Positions 61,029 through 64,000 of a stretch of 64,000 bases of DNA are shown in pieces. The stretch is from an uncultured bacterium (GTDB lineage Bacteria; Patescibacteriota; Microgenomatia; UBA1400; UBA12108). The notes beneath the pieces were generated by a model that was not told the DNA's origin, did not search any database, and saw nothing but the letters and a program-made list of their open reading frames with translations. Both the position numbers and the translations under genes were made by a program. Numbering within the stretch: position 1 is the first letter of the stretch; each line of letters begins with the position of its first letter. The stretch is taken from contig CAXCDZ010000001.1 of the NCBI GenBank assembly GCA_963981525.1, forward strand, positions 11,217 to 75,216. Reading direction: 5' to 3'.

Positions 61029-62680
61029 AGAGCAAAGTCCTGACAACTATATTAGTTGTAGCAGGACTGGTTGCGAGCTTGCTAGTCATATTCCCAAGTG
61101 GGAGAGAGTATTGTTATCAGGACCAGTGCGGAGTAATGTTCTGGGGAGCTCATGAGCATGATGCTATATGGCATCTAGCCGTATCTAACACCCTATTCTC
61201 TAATTTCCCATTCGAGATGCCAAATATGTCAGAGAGTATGATGAGTGGATACAATTATCTCTTAGATATTGTGATTGCGACTACCTCATTTGTTACCCGT
61301 ATCCCTGCCTCAAATTTATATTTCCAGATCATCCCGATATTATGGTTTGGTCTGTTTGTATGGTTAAGTAGCAAATTTGCCAAGCAATATCATAAGAGCA
61401 AATACTATCTACCCGCATTGCTATTTTTTAGTTTTTTTGGGAGCTCACTCGGCTATTTGATCACTCTCAAGAATGCTGGCTCTTTCTGGGGCTCAAGCTC
61501 TATCCTCTCTATGCAACCATTGCAGAACCTGCTTAACTTACAGTTTTCCCTATCCCTTTTACCATTCCTGGCAATCTTGATCGGACTGGTGAATAAGAGG
61601 AGGAGCGTCAAGGACTATGTTCTTTATGGAATATATGCATTCATAGCAATAGGACTAAAGCTCTATACGGGGGTTGGAATAGTGATGCTACTCATTGTGG
61701 ACTGGGTAATAAGAGCGATCCGCAGGAAAGACCCAATACTACTATCAACTCCTAAGCTGCTGATTACCGGACTATTCTCGATACTTGCTGTGATAATCTT
61801 TTATGCGCCATTTTCGCAATCAACTGGAGCTCCATTCTTACTTGATCCCATGGCTACAGTTAACCCCATCGTAGAGGACTCTAGCCTACTATATCTACCC
61901 AAGACTGCTGAGAGACTCTACTCTCTTAGAGGAGTCAAACTAGTAGTAATTGAGCTTTTTGTGCTCGGACTATTCCTAGTATTTAATTTTGGCTCCAGAA
62001 TATTTGCAGCGTTTGGGCTAGCAGGTAAACAAGAACCAAATGAGATCAGGGAAATAGTTGGCTTAACTGCTATTATCATGCTGATATTGTCTATACTCCT
62101 AACCCAGAGGGGGGTATGGTGGAACACCGTCCAGTTCTTGTATGTCTCCCTTTTCCTTTTTAATATTCTGGCAGCAGAGGGTCTGGTGAAAATATTTCAA
62201 TTACCAAAATTTGGAATAGTGCTAGGTGTCACCATCGTTCTTATTACTATCCCCACAAACATTGATGTTATGAGGTCGTTTTCTAACTTCCCAGGAAATA
62301 GCTATATCTCTAGTAATGAACTCTCGGCGCTAGAGTTTTTGAAAAAGCAAGATCCTGGGATAGTACTAACAGGCGGACTCCAATTACGCGGCTCAAAGAT
62401 AGCTTTACCCCCGCTTGAGGCAACCTACGACACAACATATGTCTCAGCCTACTCTCACAAACAAAGCTATCTCTCAGATCTTATCCAACTCCGACTAACA
62501 AATATTGATTATCATGAGAGACTAGAGATGGTAAGTAGATATGATTGCGAAGTCCTTGAAGATGTTAAGTATTTGTATGAGGTAAATGAAAGTCTATACG
62601 TATCAAATTACCAAGATTGTGGGAGAGGATTGGAAACAATCTATAGCAACGATACTGCATCAGTCTATCTTGTGAGATAA
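61025..62680 (+). CDS. Uncharacterised polytopic membrane protein, 'C..C / HxHD-WH' family (paralog of 58157..59827)
   Basis: 'YCYQDQCGVMFWGAHEHDAIWHLAVS...SESMMSGYNYLLDIVI', 'QRGVWWNTVQFLYVS'. Start overlaps the upstream stop (ATGA). Confidence 0.5.
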   Translation: MKSKVLTTILVVAGLVASLLVIFPSGREYCYQDQCGVMFWGAHEHDAIWHLAVSNTLFSNFPFEMPNMSESMMSGYNYLLDIVIATTSFVTRIPASNLYFQIIPILWFGLFVWLSSKFAKQYHKSKYYLPALLFFSFFGSSLGYLITLKNAGSFWGSSSILSMQPLQNLLNLQFSLSLLPFLAILIGLVNKRRSVKDYVLYGIYAFIAIGLKLYTGVGIVMLLIVDWVIRAIRRKDPILLSTPKLLITGLFSILAVIIFYAPFSQSTGAPFLLDPMATVNPIVEDSSLLYLPKTAERLYSLRGVKLVVIELFVLGLFLVFNFGSRIFAAFGLAGKQEPNEIREIVGLTAIIMLILSILLTQRGVWWNTVQFLYVSLFLFNILAAEGLVKIFQLPKFGIVLGVTIVLITIPTNIDVMRSFSNFPGNSYISSNELSALEFLKKQDPGIVLTGGLQLRGSKIALPPLEATYDTTYVSAYSHKQSYLSDLIQLRLTNIDYHERLEMVSRYDCEVLEDVKYLYEVNESLYVSNYQDCGRGLETIYSNDTASVYLVR

Positions 62681-62681
62681 A

Positions 62682-63857
62682 CTATTTTTTCTTCCAGATA
62701 ATCTTAGAGTAAGCAAAGAAGTTCCAGAACATGCCGACCAGAATACCGGTGACGGCAAACATCGTTCCGGTGTCAACTGCGAACTTGATAATCGGGAGAG
62801 TAAAGAGATTGTAGAAGCCGATATATCTCTCACCTAGAATAGCAATCACTTGCTGGATCAAGATCGAACCACCTGAGGCGAGGTTGAAGGCCACGAATTT
62901 TGCTGGTACTTGCTTAGCCTTGAGCTTGCGATCAGCGAAGGTCCAGAGATTGCTAAAAATAAAGTTACTGATAATGGCAGTCTCGATAGCGAGGAAGAAG
63001 GCCACCTGGAATGGCATTAGAGAGCGATAGATCTGCAAGAAGGCGATCTGGATGAGCGCACCGATACCTCCTGTGACTGCAAACTTAAAGATGCGATGGT
63101 TAAGTATTTTTTCGAGTCTGTTTTTCATGATGTACCTTAATGTATTAAATATATATTCTGAACCTAATTTGGAGTGACCGTGGGTACGATCAATAAAAAG
63201 AAATGGTACCTCGCCAATAGTGGCACCTACTTCGAGAGATTTTACTAAGAAGCCGATCTGCCAAGTGTACCCATCGAAGGCGCTGTGTGAGAGCGAGGGG
63301 AGAATGTGCTTAACGAGACTTGTTCTAATTGCGCGGTAGCCTGTTGTCCAGTCAGTGACCTTAAAGTTGAGCATTGTGGTACGAATAAATAGATTGCCAG
63401 CAAGTGACAGGAACTTGCGGTGTGGGGGCCAGTCCGCAGGTATTGCTCCACCTGGGATGTAGCGAGAACCAAGGACTAGGTCAGAACCAGACTCGATTAG
63501 TGCTAGCATTGGGACGGCCTTTGCCGGATTATGAGAGAGGTCTGCATCCATCTGGATGATAATCTCTGCACCCAACTTGTCGATTGCGTAGCGCATTCCT
63601 TTTTTATAGGCATGGCCGAGACCAGCTTTTTTGCGATTCTTGAGGAGCTTGATATAAGTCCTAGTCTTTGCGAGCTCTGTGATTGCCTTGCCAGTGCCGT
63701 CAGGACTCTGATCATCTACGAAAAGGATCTGGAGCTGATAATTGGTGAGGGATTTTTTGACTTTTGCTATAGCCTTTACCAAGGTTTTAATATTTCCCAC
63801 TTCGTTATAGGTGGGAATGATGATGACTACTTTTTGCTTAGATTTGTTTTTTTCCAT
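62682..63857 (-). CDS. GT2 polyprenol-phosphate glycosyltransferase (DPM1/ArnC/GtrB-like) fused to a C-terminal GtrA-like membrane domain
   Basis: '[25 protein letters not shown]...[12 protein letters not shown]...[16 protein letters not shown]...[13 protein letters not shown]', then the GtrA-like '[20 protein letters not shown]...' 4-TM tail. Confidence 0.8.
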   Translation of the reverse strand: MEKNKSKQKVVIIIPTYNEVGNIKTLVKAIAKVKKSLTNYQLQILFVDDQSPDGTGKAITELAKTRTYIKLLKNRKKAGLGHAYKKGMRYAIDKLGAEIIIQMDADLSHNPAKAVPMLALIESGSDLVLGSRYIPGGAIPADWPPHRKFLSLAGNLFIRTTMLNFKVTDWTTGYRAIRTSLVKHILPSLSHSAFDGYTWQIGFLVKSLEVGATIGEVPFLFIDRTHGHSKLGSEYIFNTLRYIMKNRLEKILNHRIFKFAVTGGIGALIQIAFLQIYRSLMPFQVAFFLAIETAIISNFIFSNLWTFADRKLKAKQVPAKFVAFNLASGGSILIQQVIAILGERYIGFYNLFTLPIIKFAVDTGTMFAVTGILVGMFWNFFAYSKIIWKKK

Positions 63858-64000
63858 ACGAGTTGATCATTAATTTTAGACCATCTCTAAGTGAGATAGC
63901 TGGTTTCCAGTTTAGCAGATCATTGGCTTTGGTGATATCGGGACGGCGGCGTGTAGGGTCATCAGCGAGTGCTTCGATTACCTCAACATTTAGCTTGTTG
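63838..64000 (-). CDS. NAD-dependent sugar-nucleotide decarboxylase/epimerase C-terminus (UDP-glucuronate decarboxylase UXS / ArnA-C-like); partial, N-terminus beyond window
   Basis: Minus-strand translation '...[53 protein letters not shown]' matches the UXS-family C-terminal 'DDPxxRxPDIxxAxxLLxWxPxxxLxxGL'. Stop overlaps the start of the GT2-GtrA gene by ~17 bp. Confidence 0.55.
   Translation of the reverse strand, partial: NKLNVEVIEALADDPTRRRPDITKANDLLNWKPAISLRDGLKLMINSYGKKQI

Overview
Nearly the whole 64 kb window is one densely packed cell-envelope glycosylation locus, and I read it as one giant operon with two short opposite-strand interruptions. It holds about 58 genes; 54 sit on the minus strand and many have overlapping stop/start codons (translational-coupling style). 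By content and architecture it resembles the paralog-expanded glycosylation loci of Candidate Phyla Radiation (Microgenomates-like) bacteria, but I cannot place it taxonomically from sequence alone. I found no rRNA, tRNA, CRISPR array, transposase or integrase.

Main gene content:
- About 16 polytopic GT-C-fold glycosyltransferases of the ArnT/PMT_2 type (GT39/GT83-like). Most carry the N-terminal periplasmic-loop D-E motif followed by a 'PPL/PLF' segment.
- About 12 GT2 (GT-A) enzymes. Five of these are DPM1/GtrB/ArnC-like polyprenol-phosphate sugar synthases; one is fused to a GtrA domain.
- 5 GT4 enzymes (one is a partial gene at the left window edge).
- 2 Wzx/MOP flippases.
- 2 PIG-V-like (GT76-like) membrane proteins.
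- Several paralogous families of uncharacterised polytopic membrane proteins.
- Sugar-nucleotide enzymes: GalE, GDP-L-fucose synthase, a DegT/ArnB-type aminotransferase and the C-terminus of a UXS/ArnA-type decarboxylase.
- Three methyltransferases.

Embedded elements that look secondary:
- A HigB(Gp49-like)/HigA(XRE) toxin-antitoxin pair plus three hypothetical genes at about 8.2-10.8 kb.
- A strongly AT-rich two-gene insert (FkbM methyltransferase plus a HlpA-like nucleotide-diphospho-sugar-transferase-like protein) at 23.9-25.7 kb. It splits a tandemly duplicated two-gene membrane module.

The most striking pattern is the repeated pairing of DPM1/GtrB-like GT2 synthases with adjacent GT-C transferases (GtrB-GtrC-like modules). 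This points to an iterated lipid-linked-sugar-donor glycosylation system of unknown acceptor.
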